A stretch of DNA of 63,787 bases, filler included, from an uncultured Methanosarcinales archaeon (GCA_964405295.1; 3 parts of 2 records of this genome joined end to end with filler, not necessarily neighbours in it), one strand, 5' to 3'; positions 44,332 through 53,801 are shown, numbered from the whole stretch's first letter. The notes: generated by a model from the letters alone, not told the origin. A program made the numbers and translations.

Positions 44332-44935
44332 TTTTTATTCCCTCCTTTAATATATCATAAAATAGTTGGTGGTTGTAAATAACTATGTGTTTCTTTACTA
44401 TTTGTTTTCCTAAATTTTCTTCATCATTAATGAGCATTTCAATCATATCTTCTTTTGTTATAATGTTTATATCGAGATTAATTAAGGATTTAAGTTCAGC
44501 ATCTTTAATAGCTATCTTTAAATTTTTAACTATATTCTTATTTTCAATAAGAATACAAATATCTAAATCAGAATCTTTTTTTTCTTGATGTATCGCAAAA
44601 GAGCCAAAAATAATAATACTAAAAAAAGGTGTTACTTTTTTGGTTTTTTCTTTAACATAATTTATTGAAGTTTTAACAGTCTTCTTTAATCTAAGGTCAT
44701 TAATTAATGCAATATAATAAAACACTAAATCATTTTCGAGATTTAAAGTGTAAAGTGAAGATTTACCAACTTTTTTCTCTATTAATAAATCTTCTTTTTT
44801 GAATTGAGAAAAAGCTAAGCTTAATGCATTGTTTGATTTCTCTTGAGCAATACTTTTAATGTTCTGTCTAGTATATTCCTTAAAAGGATACATTACAAAT
44901 GCTTTGAAAATGTTTAGTTGTTTTCCAGTTAACAT
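44315..44935 (-). CDS. wHTH-fused minimal nucleotidyltransferase (MNT)
   Basis: IIFGSFA...SDLDI; N-terminal wHTH ending VGKSSLY; start set at ATG 44935 rather than the track's 44965. Confidence 0.85.
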   Translation of the reverse strand: MLTGKQLNIFKAFVMYPFKEYTRQNIKSIAQEKSNNALSLAFSQFKKEDLLIEKKVGKSSLYTLNLENDLVFYYIALINDLRLKKTVKTSINYVKEKTKKVTPFFSIIIFGSFAIHQEKKDSDLDICILIENKNIVKNLKIAIKDAELKSLINLDINIITKEDMIEMLINDEENLGKQIVKKHIVIYNHQLFYDILKEGIKNGFRI

Positions 44936-44947
44936 AATACCACTTCC

Positions 44948-44975
44948 TTGGTTTATATAAACCAAATACTTGGTT
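44948..44975. promoter_or_regulatory. Palindromic operator upstream of MNT-HEPN
   Basis: Perfect 18-bp palindrome TTGGTTTATATAAACCAA plus a third half-site TTGGTT, between a TATA-like box and the ATG. Confidence 0.6.
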
Positions 44976-45167
44976 CTTTATAAATGTTTTTATTAAAATA
45001 CCGAAAAAATACAATTACAAGGAAATTAAAAAAGCAATTACAATAAAGCCCTTTATCCTCCTATAATATATATGTACTATACCAACAGTAGAAAACAAGA
45101 CACAAGGGCTTTGAATACGAAATAATGGCAACACAAAAAGAATGAACAGTTGCCAAAAAAAGCCTTG

Positions 45168-45914
45168 TTAAATGGCTTCTAATTTAACCAATAATTCATA
45201 TTTTTCCTCAAACTCATCAAGCTCGATCTCACCCGCTACAAACTTCAACTTCAATAATTGTAAGGGATCTGTTACTTCAATATTCCTCTTATTATTCTTT
45301 TGCGTTTCTGTTTTTCCAAATGCAAGATTAATCTTATTTCTTAAATCTGCATTACTAATATAGGCATATATTTGTGTTGTGTGGATATCTACATGCCCGA
45401 GGCTTCTTTGAATATAATATAAGTCAACACCTTTTTCAAGCAGATATGTAGCATAAGTGTGCCTTAAGGTATGAAAACTATATGCATATCTTTGTTGTCC
45501 AATACTTGTTATAAAAGTTTTAATTCTAAGATCAGAATTTTCCAATGCTTTAGCAAACTTCTTAGATAAAGCACCTTCTTTCATTCTCTTATTATATCCT
45601 GTACAAATATAATATTCAGAATCATTAATGTTAAACCATTTCTCAATTAAAGGCTTAAACTTAACAGGAAGCATCACAATCCTATCTTTAGCACCCTTGC
45701 CTTCTTTAACAAAGACTTTATCAGAAACTAAGTCAACATCACACTTTTTCAAACTACAAACTTCACCAATTCTTAATCCACAAAATAAAGCCATCATTGA
45801 ACCCATAAAAATATTTGGTTCTTCAATCTTTGAAAATAAATCAATAAGTTGTTGTTTATTAAAAACATTAGGAAGTTTCCGAGTATTTATTGGTCTTGCA
45901 TAATTTTTCCCCAT
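45168..45914 (-). CDS. Tyrosine recombinase with C-terminal SHOCT-like tail
   Basis: KLPNV, GLRIGE, GKGAKDR, HTLRH, LGH, TTQIY; tail DPLQLLKLKFVAGEIELDEFEEK. Confidence 0.9.
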   Translation of the reverse strand: MGKNYARPINTRKLPNVFNKQQLIDLFSKIEEPNIFMGSMMALFCGLRIGEVCSLKKCDVDLVSDKVFVKEGKGAKDRIVMLPVKFKPLIEKWFNINDSEYYICTGYNKRMKEGALSKKFAKALENSDLRIKTFITSIGQQRYAYSFHTLRHTYATYLLEKGVDLYYIQRSLGHVDIHTTQIYAYISNADLRNKINLAFGKTETQKNNKRNIEVTDPLQLLKLKFVAGEIELDEFEEKYELLVKLEAI

Positions 45915-45915
45915 T

Positions 45916-46308
45916 TTACATCCTCTTAATAAGCTCTAAACCTATTTTCTTTAATGATTCTCCTCCAATATCCTTTTTGTCTTGTTTTATTCTGAAAGCT
46001 TTTCTCAATGCTTCTTTCTGATTAAGCTCTCCTTTGCTAATTTGAAATCTTACTTCTTCAGGAACTCTTTCAAGAAGCAACCAACGATAAACAGTAAAAG
46101 GATTATAACTCTGAGAAATCAAATAATCATAAACATCCCTCTCCAAACCAAGAACCAAACATTTCTTTTTATTATAATGATAATGAGCCAACTTGCTCAA
46201 AATATCATCAAATTGACGACCATTTACAGATGAAAAACGACTCTCAACCAATTTTCTTAATAAACTTAGCTCATCTAAAAAACTAAGACGACTATTTGCA
46301 TATTTCAC
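45916..46308 (-). CDS. Helical, probably DNA-binding protein coupled to the recombinase
   Basis: GGAGGTG site before GTG 46308; NPFTVYRWLLLERVPEEVR...GEL resembles a ParB-type HTH tail; stop is 1 nt before the recombinase start. Confidence 0.55.
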   Translation of the reverse strand: MKYANSRLSFLDELSLLRKLVESRFSSVNGRQFDDILSKLAHYHYNKKKCLVLGLERDVYDYLISQSYNPFTVYRWLLLERVPEEVRFQISKGELNQKEALRKAFRIKQDKKDIGGESLKKIGLELIKRM

Positions 46309-46552
46309 GACCAGCACCTCCGAGTAGAGTCCGAAACCCCAGAATCTAGCCCACACAAAGCCCAGCTCACAAGATGCAGAAACTATAAATTTTTCTTTTG
46401 TTCCTACTATAAAATGAGAATTAGGTGGTTAAGAGTTCTAAGAATAATAATACGCTACGGGCACAGAATAATCATCTGATTGTTTAAAATTGTCCAGTTT
46501 CGTTAAATTTTTTCATAAGTTTTTCTACAACGACATTTGGAGAATAACCTAT

Positions 46553-46652
46553 NNNNNNNNNNNNNNNNNNNNNNNNNNNNNNNNNNNNNNNNNNNNTTAA
46601 TTAATTAANNNNNNNNNNNNNNNNNNNNNNNNNNNNNNNNNNNNNNNNNNNN
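46553..46652. other. Artificial contig-joining spacer
   Basis: 44 N + TTAATTAATTAA + 44 N. Confidence 0.98.
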
Positions 46653-46707
46653 AAGGAGTCGAAAAAGTGAAAAAATATAAACGAATTTGGGTGAGTGAAA
46701 ACTTTAG
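46653..46707 (+). repeat. Terminal direct repeat, left copy (circular overlap)
   Basis: AAGGAGTCGAAAAAGTG...GTGAAAACTTTAG identical to 63733-63787. Confidence 0.97.
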
Positions 46708-46849
46708 TAAAATGATAAAAGTAGAAGCTGCGAAAAAAGGAATTTCTATATTGAAACTAACAGAAAATTTTGATTTACAATTAGATAAAGATAAGTTTAA
46801 TAGGAAAAAAAAAAGAAGCGTTTTTAGTGAGCAATGGGTGGATTTGTGA
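46667..46849 (+). CDS. Ribbon-helix-helix-like DNA-binding protein
   Basis: YKRIWVS strand then two helices with a KKGIS turn; AAGGAG upstream of GTG. Confidence 0.6.
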   Translation: MKKYKRIWVSENFSKMIKVEAAKKGISILKLTENFDLQLDKDKFNRKKKRSVFSEQWVDL

Positions 46850-47361
46850 AATTTTTTAGAAGTAAAAAAGGGGATGCGGTTCTTGATACTACTTCTATTA
46901 TGGTGGTGGTTTTCATTTTTGCTTTTTTAATCATTATTGTTTATACTGGTTTTATGAGTGCGCAAGATGATATTTTAGAAACTTTGAACGATTCTAATAA
47001 TCCTACAAGTAATATTTCTATGGAGATAGTTGAAAATGTTGGAACAGAATTTCCAGTCATTTTTGATAGTGCGCTTTTAATTATTTTTATTGGTTTATGG
47101 ATTTTTGCACTTGTTAGTGCTTATTTTGTGGATTCGCACCCTTTATTTTTTATTTTTAGTGTTATTTTAATAGTGTTTGTTTTAATCGCAGCAATGATTG
47201 TTAATAATGTTGGAGAGGACTTGTTGAGTGATTCAGAATTGTCGGGTAGTGTTTCACATTTTCCAATAGCAAACTTTTTGATTTCGCATTTATTTATTGT
47301 TTTGCTTGTTGTTTCTTTTAGTGTTGTGCTTATTTTGTATGGTAAAAGGAGAATGGGTTAA
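46834..47361 (+). CDS. Multi-pass membrane protein with class III-like N-terminus
   Basis: RSKKG/DAVLD plus about four hydrophobic segments. Confidence 0.7.
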   Translation: MGGFVKFFRSKKGDAVLDTTSIMVVVFIFAFLIIIVYTGFMSAQDDILETLNDSNNPTSNISMEIVENVGTEFPVIFDSALLIIFIGLWIFALVSAYFVDSHPLFFIFSVILIVFVLIAAMIVNNVGEDLLSDSELSGSVSHFPIANFLISHLFIVLLVVSFSVVLILYGKRRMG

Positions 47362-50300
47362 ATGAAATTTAATAAAACTTTTTTAATATTCGGTATTGTT
47401 TTTGTTTTATTAGTTAGTTCTGTTCTCGCTGTTGCTACTGCTCCTACTGGTTCTAATACTGTTTCTTATTGGAAAATGGAAGATTTAACAGATGCTACTG
47501 ATAATGGTATAGATTTAACAAATACGCAAAGTGTTACGAGTGGTGTTACAGGCATTATTGATAATTGTTTTAGTTTTGATGGTTCTAAGTATATGAAAGC
47601 TGATACAAGTCTTTATACTGGTTTAGATTTTGATGATGATTTCAGTATTAGTTTTTGGTTAAACTATGATGTTTTGGGTGTTTATGATTCGATTATGGGA
47701 TTTAGAGATACTGTGCAAATAGATTTTACTTCTTTTGGAAGTGCTAACATTATTGTGTTTAAAGTAAATGATGCTTACGATGTTGATTCAGGTGTTTTAT
47801 CTGCAGGTAGTTGGTATCATATAGTTGTTACTCGTAGCACATCAACTGGTTTAGCAATGTATGTTAATGCTGGAACTCCTGATACTGATGCAACAACTAC
47901 AAATCCTTCAAGTGATTCTACGGGAACTGGTTTAACTCTTGGTGCTTCATCTGGACTTGCTGCAAATTTTTTAGATGGTGAACTTGATGAAATAGCTTTT
48001 TTTAATTATACTTTATCAAGTGATGAAGTAACTTATTTATACAATACTGGTAGTCCTGGAACTATTCAACAATACCCTTTTGGTTCTACTGTTGAATCTT
48101 TAGAAACTAATATTTTGTTTGAACAATCTGGTTCAGTGCAGATTAATAGTAATACTTATCAGCTTATTGAAAGTCAAACTTTTGTTCCTTTAAATTCTAG
48201 CAATGCAAGTATTAGTGCAACTATTGAAGTTGAAACTTTAAAAGATTTAGATATGCAATGTAAAATTTTGATTAATGGTGTTGATTATGATACTGAAACT
48301 AATCGTAGTTTTGATAGTGCAAGTATTGGAAACTTGTATTTGGTTAGTTCTCCTTTTATGATAAATTCTAGTGTTAATTATACTGCTAGTTTGTATTGTA
48401 GAAGAACAAGCATTAATGGTAGAATCAGAATAGATAAAAGTGTGGGTATTGCTAGTTTGTTTTTAAGTAGCACTACTGGTAAAGAAATTAATTATAAATA
48501 TATGAATTCTAATCTTGAAATAACTTCTTCTAGTTATCAACTTTTAGCAAATACTAGTTTTTTAACAAGTAATATTTCTTCTACTGGTTTTAGTAGAAAC
48601 TTGGTTTTTGATGGTCAAATTGGTTATAATTATGAAGATGCTGGAACAATAGAGTTGTATAGTGTTGTGAATGGTGTTACAAGTCCTATTTTTAATAGGT
48701 ATGGTGGTGCTGGAACAAGTGGTAGTGGTGGTAATTTTAATATTGTTTATAATGTTAGTAATGAAACTAGTGTTCCTATTCTTATTTATGGTAAATCAAC
48801 AGGTTCTAATGGTGATGTTGATTTTAAACTTTATATTAAAGAAATGATATTACATGTTGGTGAAAGTAATTCTACAAGTTTGAATGGAACAAGTTTAACT
48901 TCTACAAGTTGGGCTACTGCTAAAACAATAACAATAAATAATATTCATGCTTTAGGAGATTTAGTTGTTAAAAGTAGCGCGTCCACTATTTCAACTAGTG
49001 GCGACCAAACCATTACTTATCGTCTAAACTTAAATGGTAGTCTTAGCCCAGAATACGTTAGAAGTATTAGCAATACTGGTAGTGGTGTTAGCATTTTGCA
49101 ATACTTGTTTCAAGATATTGGAGTTGGTGTTTTTGATGCTAAACTTGAGTATAAGGTTAGTAGTGGTAATGCTTTAATTAGTGGTGGAAGTATGAAAGCA
49201 TTTGTTAGTGGAAATATTGTTCCAACTCCAAACAATTTTTTAGTTACTGCTAAAAACTTATGGGATGATGCTTCAATAACTAGTTTTAATGTTAGTGTTA
49301 ATGATGCGGTTTTTTTTGAAAGTAATAGTAGTGGGGTTGCTATTATTACTGGTGTTAATCCTTCTAATATTACTTTGTCTGCTACTAATTATTTTAATAG
49401 AACTTATTTAAATCATAATACTTCTTTAGACTTGGAAGCTTTTTTATATCAAAGTGTTATTAATATTTCTATAATAGAACAATTTTCTTTAAATCCTATG
49501 AGTAATTGGACTTTATTAAATGGAACTACTGTTTTAGTAAATACTACTGGAAGTTCTGGCCTTTTTTATCCTAGTGGGGGTTTAAATTTCGAAAATGTTA
49601 TTTTAAGTAGTAATATGGGCCGTTTTAGTGATAGAACTTTAACCGGTTTTAATATTAGCGTTTTTGATAATAGAACAATAACTTATTCTATATTACCAAC
49701 AGAGTTTAATGTTACGGCCATTAATAGAGTTACTGATGCAGTAATTTCTAATTTTACAATAACGTATTCTAGTGTTAATAGTTCTCATAGCGGAGAGCTT
49801 TCTACAACAACTGGAAGTATTGTTTTTGGTGTTATAAATTATGACACTTATAATATAACTATTTATGCTGATGGTTTTGCGTATTATGAAAACAATATCG
49901 AAACCGCTATTAATGGTAATGGAACTAACGAGTTTTCTTTATATGTTACAAACACTTTAAACATAACTTTTAGAAACGAAGCAGATAATAATTTGATAAC
50001 TACAAGTGTTAGTATAGAGTTAATAAGTGATATTTTAAGTTATGTTAATGGAACTGATACGGGAAACCTTTTTCTTGATTTGTTAAGTCCGCAAACTTAT
50101 ACGGTTAGGTATTCCGCTTTGGGTTTTGATGAAAGATTTTATTATTTCACTTTAAGTAATAGGTCTTATAATGAAATAACTTTGTATTTGACTAATGCTT
50201 CTTTTACTAATGTAACTGCTACTGTTTATGATCAAAACAATAATTTATTGGAAGGTGCTATTATTAATTATTTAAAGTATGATACAGATACTAATTTGTA

Positions 50301-50994
50301 TATTTTAATGGGAATGGCTATAACAAACTTTGAAGGTGTTACTCCTTTACCAATTGTTTTAGACACTGAGTATTATAAGTTTCAAATTTATTATAGTAAT
50401 ATTTTAAGAACAACTACTATTCCGTCTTATGTTTATGAAGATGAAATAATTTTCAGAGTTATTTTAACTGATTTGATAGGTCAAGACTTTTTTGATGAAC
50501 AACAAATAAGCGGGGATGTTTCTTATAATAATGATACTGGAAACGCAAAATTTGATTTTAGTTCTAGTGATGGTTTGAGTTATCCTTTTTGTTTAAGCGT
50601 TTATGAGTCTAGTTTAAATAATGGTAAAACTCTTTTGAATGTTACTTGTTCAACTGTTAATAGTGGAACAATTCTTATTCCTTTAAGTGTTGTTAATGGA
50701 ACGTCTTATTTTTTAGAAGGAACAGTTACTAGGGATAGCGTTTTAATAGTTGATTCTATGTATATTTATTCTAATGACTATATACCAAACAAAGACTTAT
50801 TTTTGTTCATGTTCTTATTATTATCTATTGTTTTTGGTTTAATGGGTTTGTATAGTTTGAGAATGAGTTTTATTTTAACACCGCTTCCTTTATTTTTTGG
50901 TAGTTTAATGGGTGTTATTCCTATTCATGCATCAATAACTGGCGGACTTGTTTTGTTAGGAATAATTTTTGCTGGGGTGATTAATAATGGCTGA
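47362..50994 (+). CDS. LamG/ConA-domain adhesin with C-terminal membrane anchor
   Basis: Signal peptide; YWKM, FDG, FSISFW, WYHIVVT, DGELDEIAFFN..LS; many N-x-S/T; C-terminal TMs. Confidence 0.85.
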   Translation: MKFNKTFLIFGIVFVLLVSSVLAVATAPTGSNTVSYWKMEDLTDATDNGIDLTNTQSVTSGVTGIIDNCFSFDGSKYMKADTSLYTGLDFDDDFSISFWLNYDVLGVYDSIMGFRDTVQIDFTSFGSANIIVFKVNDAYDVDSGVLSAGSWYHIVVTRSTSTGLAMYVNAGTPDTDATTTNPSSDSTGTGLTLGASSGLAANFLDGELDEIAFFNYTLSSDEVTYLYNTGSPGTIQQYPFGSTVESLETNILFEQSGSVQINSNTYQLIESQTFVPLNSSNASISATIEVETLKDLDMQCKILINGVDYDTETNRSFDSASIGNLYLVSSPFMINSSVNYTASLYCRRTSINGRIRIDKSVGIASLFLSSTTGKEINYKYMNSNLEITSSSYQLLANTSFLTSNISSTGFSRNLVFDGQIGYNYEDAGTIELYSVVNGVTSPIFNRYGGAGTSGSGGNFNIVYNVSNETSVPILIYGKSTGSNGDVDFKLYIKEMILHVGESNSTSLNGTSLTSTSWATAKTITINNIHALGDLVVKSSASTISTSGDQTITYRLNLNGSLSPEYVRSISNTGSGVSILQYLFQDIGVGVFDAKLEYKVSSGNALISGGSMKAFVSGNIVPTPNNFLVTAKNLWDDASITSFNVSVNDAVFFESNSSGVAIITGVNPSNITLSATNYFNRTYLNHNTSLDLEAFLYQSVINISIIEQFSLNPMSNWTLLNGTTVLVNTTGSSGLFYPSGGLNFENVILSSNMGRFSDRTLTGFNISVFDNRTITYSILPTEFNVTAINRVTDAVISNFTITYSSVNSSHSGELSTTTGSIVFGVINYDTYNITIYADGFAYYENNIETAINGNGTNEFSLYVTNTLNITFRNEADNNLITTSVSIELISDILSYVNGTDTGNLFLDLLSPQTYTVRYSALGFDERFYYFTLSNRSYNEITLYLTNASFTNVTATVYDQNNNLLEGAIINYLKYDTDTNLYILMGMAITNFEGVTPLPIVLDTEYYKFQIYYSNILRTTTIPSYVYEDEIIFRVILTDLIGQDFFDEQQISGDVSYNNDTGNAKFDFSSSDGLSYPFCLSVYESSLNNGKTLLNVTCSTVNSGTILIPLSVVNGTSYFLEGTVTRDSVLIVDSMYIYSNDYIPNKDLFLFMFLLLSIVFGLMGLYSLRMSFILTPLPLFFGSLMGVIPIHASITGGLVLLGIIFAGVINNG

Positions 50995-51427
50995 TCCCAA
51001 AATTAGTAGTTTTATTATTGGTTTAGCTTTTGTTAGTCTTATAATAGGAATTATTATTTTAAATTTGTCAAGTTTAATAACTATATATGGTGCGCCTGAT
51101 AGTTATGATAATGATAGTTTAAGCGTTTATAATAAAATGAGTGATTTAAGTGCTAAAACAGAAAAAATAAGGAATAGTAGTAATAGTATTAGTTCACAAG
51201 ATTTAAAGTTTAAAGATATTGTTGGTGGATTTTTTACAAGTGGTTATTCTGCGGTTATTGTTAGTTTAGAGAGTGTTGATATTTTTACAACTATGAGTGG
51301 TAATGCGGTTAAAGATTCTAATATGGGACAGTCTGGTAGTCTTATTTATAATTTTTTGGTAATTGCTATTTTAATAACTATATTTGTTGGAATACTTATT
51401 AGTGCTTTGATTAAGCAGAGGATTTGA
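50987..51427 (+). CDS. Membrane protein with terminal TM helices
   Basis: Hydrophobic N- and C-termini; overlaps the adhesin stop. Confidence 0.75.
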   Translation: MADPKISSFIIGLAFVSLIIGIIILNLSSLITIYGAPDSYDNDSLSVYNKMSDLSAKTEKIRNSSNSISSQDLKFKDIVGGFFTSGYSAVIVSLESVDIFTTMSGNAVKDSNMGQSGSLIYNFLVIAILITIFVGILISALIKQRI

Positions 51428-51723
51428 AAATGAGTTATAATATGACTGCGATGTGGGAAAGCAAAAACTTGCTTAGTGTTTGGAGTAGTTTGAATACTGC
51501 TAGTAATGGTTTATTTTTTAGCATGTTTTTATTTTCTTTTTTTGTTTTGGTTTTGATGATTTTTCCTAATACTGATTTTGCTAAACTTTTAATGCTTGAT
51601 AGTTTTATTGTAACAATTTTTGCTATTTTTGGTTTTGTTTTAGGTTTTATTGGTTGGAGTGTTTTAATGTTTCCTATAATAATTTTAATTGGAAGTGTTA
51701 TTTTTTATAAAATAAATAATTAG
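51424..51723 (+). CDS. Small three-TM membrane protein
   Basis: Mostly hydrophobic; last gene of the plus-strand unit. Confidence 0.7.
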   Translation: MKMSYNMTAMWESKNLLSVWSSLNTASNGLFFSMFLFSFFVLVLMIFPNTDFAKLLMLDSFIVTIFAIFGFVLGFIGWSVLMFPIIILIGSVIFYKINN

Positions 51724-51784
51724 AAACAAAAGGCGGGGTATTTTGAACAAATGTTGCATAAATTTTGATAAGTAATAAAGTGTT

Positions 51785-52003
51785 TTAATAAGGTTTTTTG
51801 TATTCGTATATGTTGACTATTTTTCCTTCTTTAATAACATATCGAATGCTTTTAGTTCTCAACAAAAAACCAGACTTGTAAAGCTTTCTTAATCCTGTTA
51901 TTACAATATTATTCGTAATAGAAAGTTTATTACTAATCTCTTTCGCAAAAAAACTAATACCTTTATTCTTTTTCAAAAACATTAACACTTCAAACTTAGT
52001 CAT
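51785..52003 (-). CDS. Winged-helix DNA-binding protein
   Basis: VLMFLKKN...AKEISNKL...GLRKLYKSGFL...YEY. Confidence 0.7.
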   Translation of the reverse strand: MTKFEVLMFLKKNKGISFFAKEISNKLSITNNIVITGLRKLYKSGFLLRTKSIRYVIKEGKIVNIYEYKKPY

Positions 52004-52170
52004 TTTTGTATCAACTCATAATAAGTTCTATCAGGTTCTTTTACGAGAGCATAATGTTTATGTTCAAATACCGCAATATAGTTATCAACCCCACCATAAT
52101 CCATAAACTTCAATGTTCCTTTTTCTTTGAGTTCTTGTGCTGTTTTTACATCTATTGTTTCATATTTCAT
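52000..52170 (-). CDS. Small hypothetical protein, 56 aa (not in ORF track)
   Basis: MKYETIDVKTAQELKEKG...YYELIQK; its TGA overlaps the next ATG. Confidence 0.6.
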   Translation of the reverse strand: MKYETIDVKTAQELKEKGTLKFMDYGGVDNYIAVFEHKHYALVKEPDRTYYELIQK

Positions 52171-52231
52171 TTTGTTTTATTCATCTTCTTCAGGATTTAA
52201 TAATAACTCTTCAGCTTTTTTTCTTAAACCA

Positions 52232-52891
52232 CTAATCTCTCTTTTCATTCTTTGCACCATTTATATTATCAAATATCTCTTCTATTAATAAATTTGGAAC
52301 TATACTTCTTTCCATATTTCCTTTTAAACCTTGAGTTCCAGTCTTAGATCCTCTTGGTGCTGAAATATGACAACTATCTCCATTATGACATATTGGTTTA
52401 GGAATCCAACTTTTTAAATTAGTCCATATATCAGTTGGTTTCATTCTATTATCACCATATTGACAATAAGTAACAGTATTTCTATGTAATCCTTCCATAA
52501 AAGCCATCTTCCTAAGTATTCCTCTTGGATTTTCTATAAACCAAATAAGATTAGGATTAGTTCTTTTAATTTCTTTAATTAATTCTAATGTTTTAAGAAC
52601 ATAAGCCATTCCTAAAGCAGTTTTACTTCTTTTAGGACAATAATTTCCACACCAACTACTGCTAATACTTGCAACACTAAAACCTTGACAAGGTGGACTA
52701 GCCCATAAAATATCTATTTTCTTAGGTAAATCCTTTCTTCTTATATTTAATATGTCTTTAAATAGTTCAGCTTTAAATCCTAAATGATTAAACTTTTCAA
52801 TTCTGAAAATGGTATTATTTCTTTTTTCTGCTATTTTACTAAAGCTTCCTGTTCCACTAAATAATTCTACCGTATTCATTCTTTGTATCAC
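52232..52891 (-). CDS. Short DNA cytosine-5 methyltransferase-like protein
   Basis: ELFSGTG, WASPPCQGFS, IENP, YCQYG and KPTDIW. Confidence 0.85.
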   Translation of the reverse strand: MIQRMNTVELFSGTGSFSKIAEKRNNTIFRIEKFNHLGFKAELFKDILNIRRKDLPKKIDILWASPPCQGFSVASISSSWCGNYCPKRSKTALGMAYVLKTLELIKEIKRTNPNLIWFIENPRGILRKMAFMEGLHRNTVTYCQYGDNRMKPTDIWTNLKSWIPKPICHNGDSCHISAPRGSKTGTQGLKGNMERSIVPNLLIEEIFDNINGAKNEKRD

Positions 52892-52965
52892 CTATAAATA
52901 AAAAGTTTACTTTCAATCAATACTTCACTCCCATTCTTTTTTATCAAATCATTCATTTTTCACCT

Positions 52966-53154
52966 TTAGTTTTTTTTCTTAATAAGTCTTTTCCCTAATT
53001 TTCTATGTTCTCTTAAAATATCTCTACACATTAAAGTTATTCTTGTAACAGGATGACCTAAATCTCTAAAAATATCAGATGGATAATGATAATCAAACCA
53101 CTCACAAACATCATACAAACCAACTTTTTCTCCATCTTTTTTATACATATCCAT
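52966..53154 (-). CDS. Small hypothetical protein
   Basis: GAGGT ribosome-binding site; co-oriented with neighbours. Confidence 0.55.
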   Translation of the reverse strand: MDMYKKDGEKVGLYDVCEWFDYHYPSDIFRDLGHPVTRITLMCRDILREHRKLGKRLIKKKN

Positions 53155-53219
53155 TTCTTTTACCTCTTATTTTATTTATCTTATTCTATTTCATCCACAC
53201 ATATAACTATTCTCATTAC

Positions 53220-53801
53220 TTATACAAATTGTATTTTTATTAACTCTTTACCCTGATCTATTGGAACAATTTTCAAATACTCCATAGTTGTTTGAATTTT
53301 GGAATGTCCTAAAATTTTATGTAAAATAACAATATCGCCTTTACACTTTAACCAATTAACAGCAAAAGAATGCCTTAATTGATGTGGACTACCCTTTAAA
53401 TGTTTTTTAGTAATTTGATAAGCTCTTTGTCTAGTAATAGGAAAAACTAAATCATCAGCTTTAAAATTAGTAACATATAATTCGAGAACATCTTTTATTA
53501 TAGGATGCATAGGTAAAACTCTTTGAAAATATTTTCTACTCTTAAGCCAACGAATAGTTATTAAGTAATCATCAAAGTTTATATCTCTTTTTCTAATACT
53601 TAAAGCTTCAGAAATTCTAACACCTGTAACCCATAAAAAACGAATCAACATTTTATGACTATTATTTTTAACATTATTGATACAAGCATTAATATAATCC
53701 CTATCCCAATACTTTCTTAATTGTTCCTTATTTACATTTTGGGGTAAAATTGTTAAATCTTGTTTGTTCAAAATAATCAATTCTACATCTTTTGCATTCA
53801 T
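53220..53801 (-). CDS. Tyrosine recombinase, catalytic domain only
   Basis: TGVRISE, LKSRK, PHQLRHSFA, LGHS and TTMEY. Confidence 0.9.
   Translation of the reverse strand: MNAKDVELIILNKQDLTILPQNVNKEQLRKYWDRDYINACINNVKNNSHKMLIRFLWVTGVRISEALSIRKRDINFDDYLITIRWLKSRKYFQRVLPMHPIIKDVLELYVTNFKADDLVFPITRQRAYQITKKHLKGSPHQLRHSFAVNWLKCKGDIVILHKILGHSKIQTTMEYLKIVPIDQGKELIKIQFV

Larger units (their letters stand above)
42260..46464. mobile_element. Putative integrative island; boundaries uncertain, may extend left to about 41200
   Basis: Two tyrosine recombinases, an MNT-HEPN pair and a nuclease-like gene; no att pair found. Confidence 0.55.

Noticed and set aside
46653..46707. 55-bp repeat as attL/attR or a true terminal repeat of a linear genome
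   Set aside because: It lies exactly at both contig ends, falls inside coding sequence and matches a common assembler k-mer length, so circular overlap is the simpler reading.
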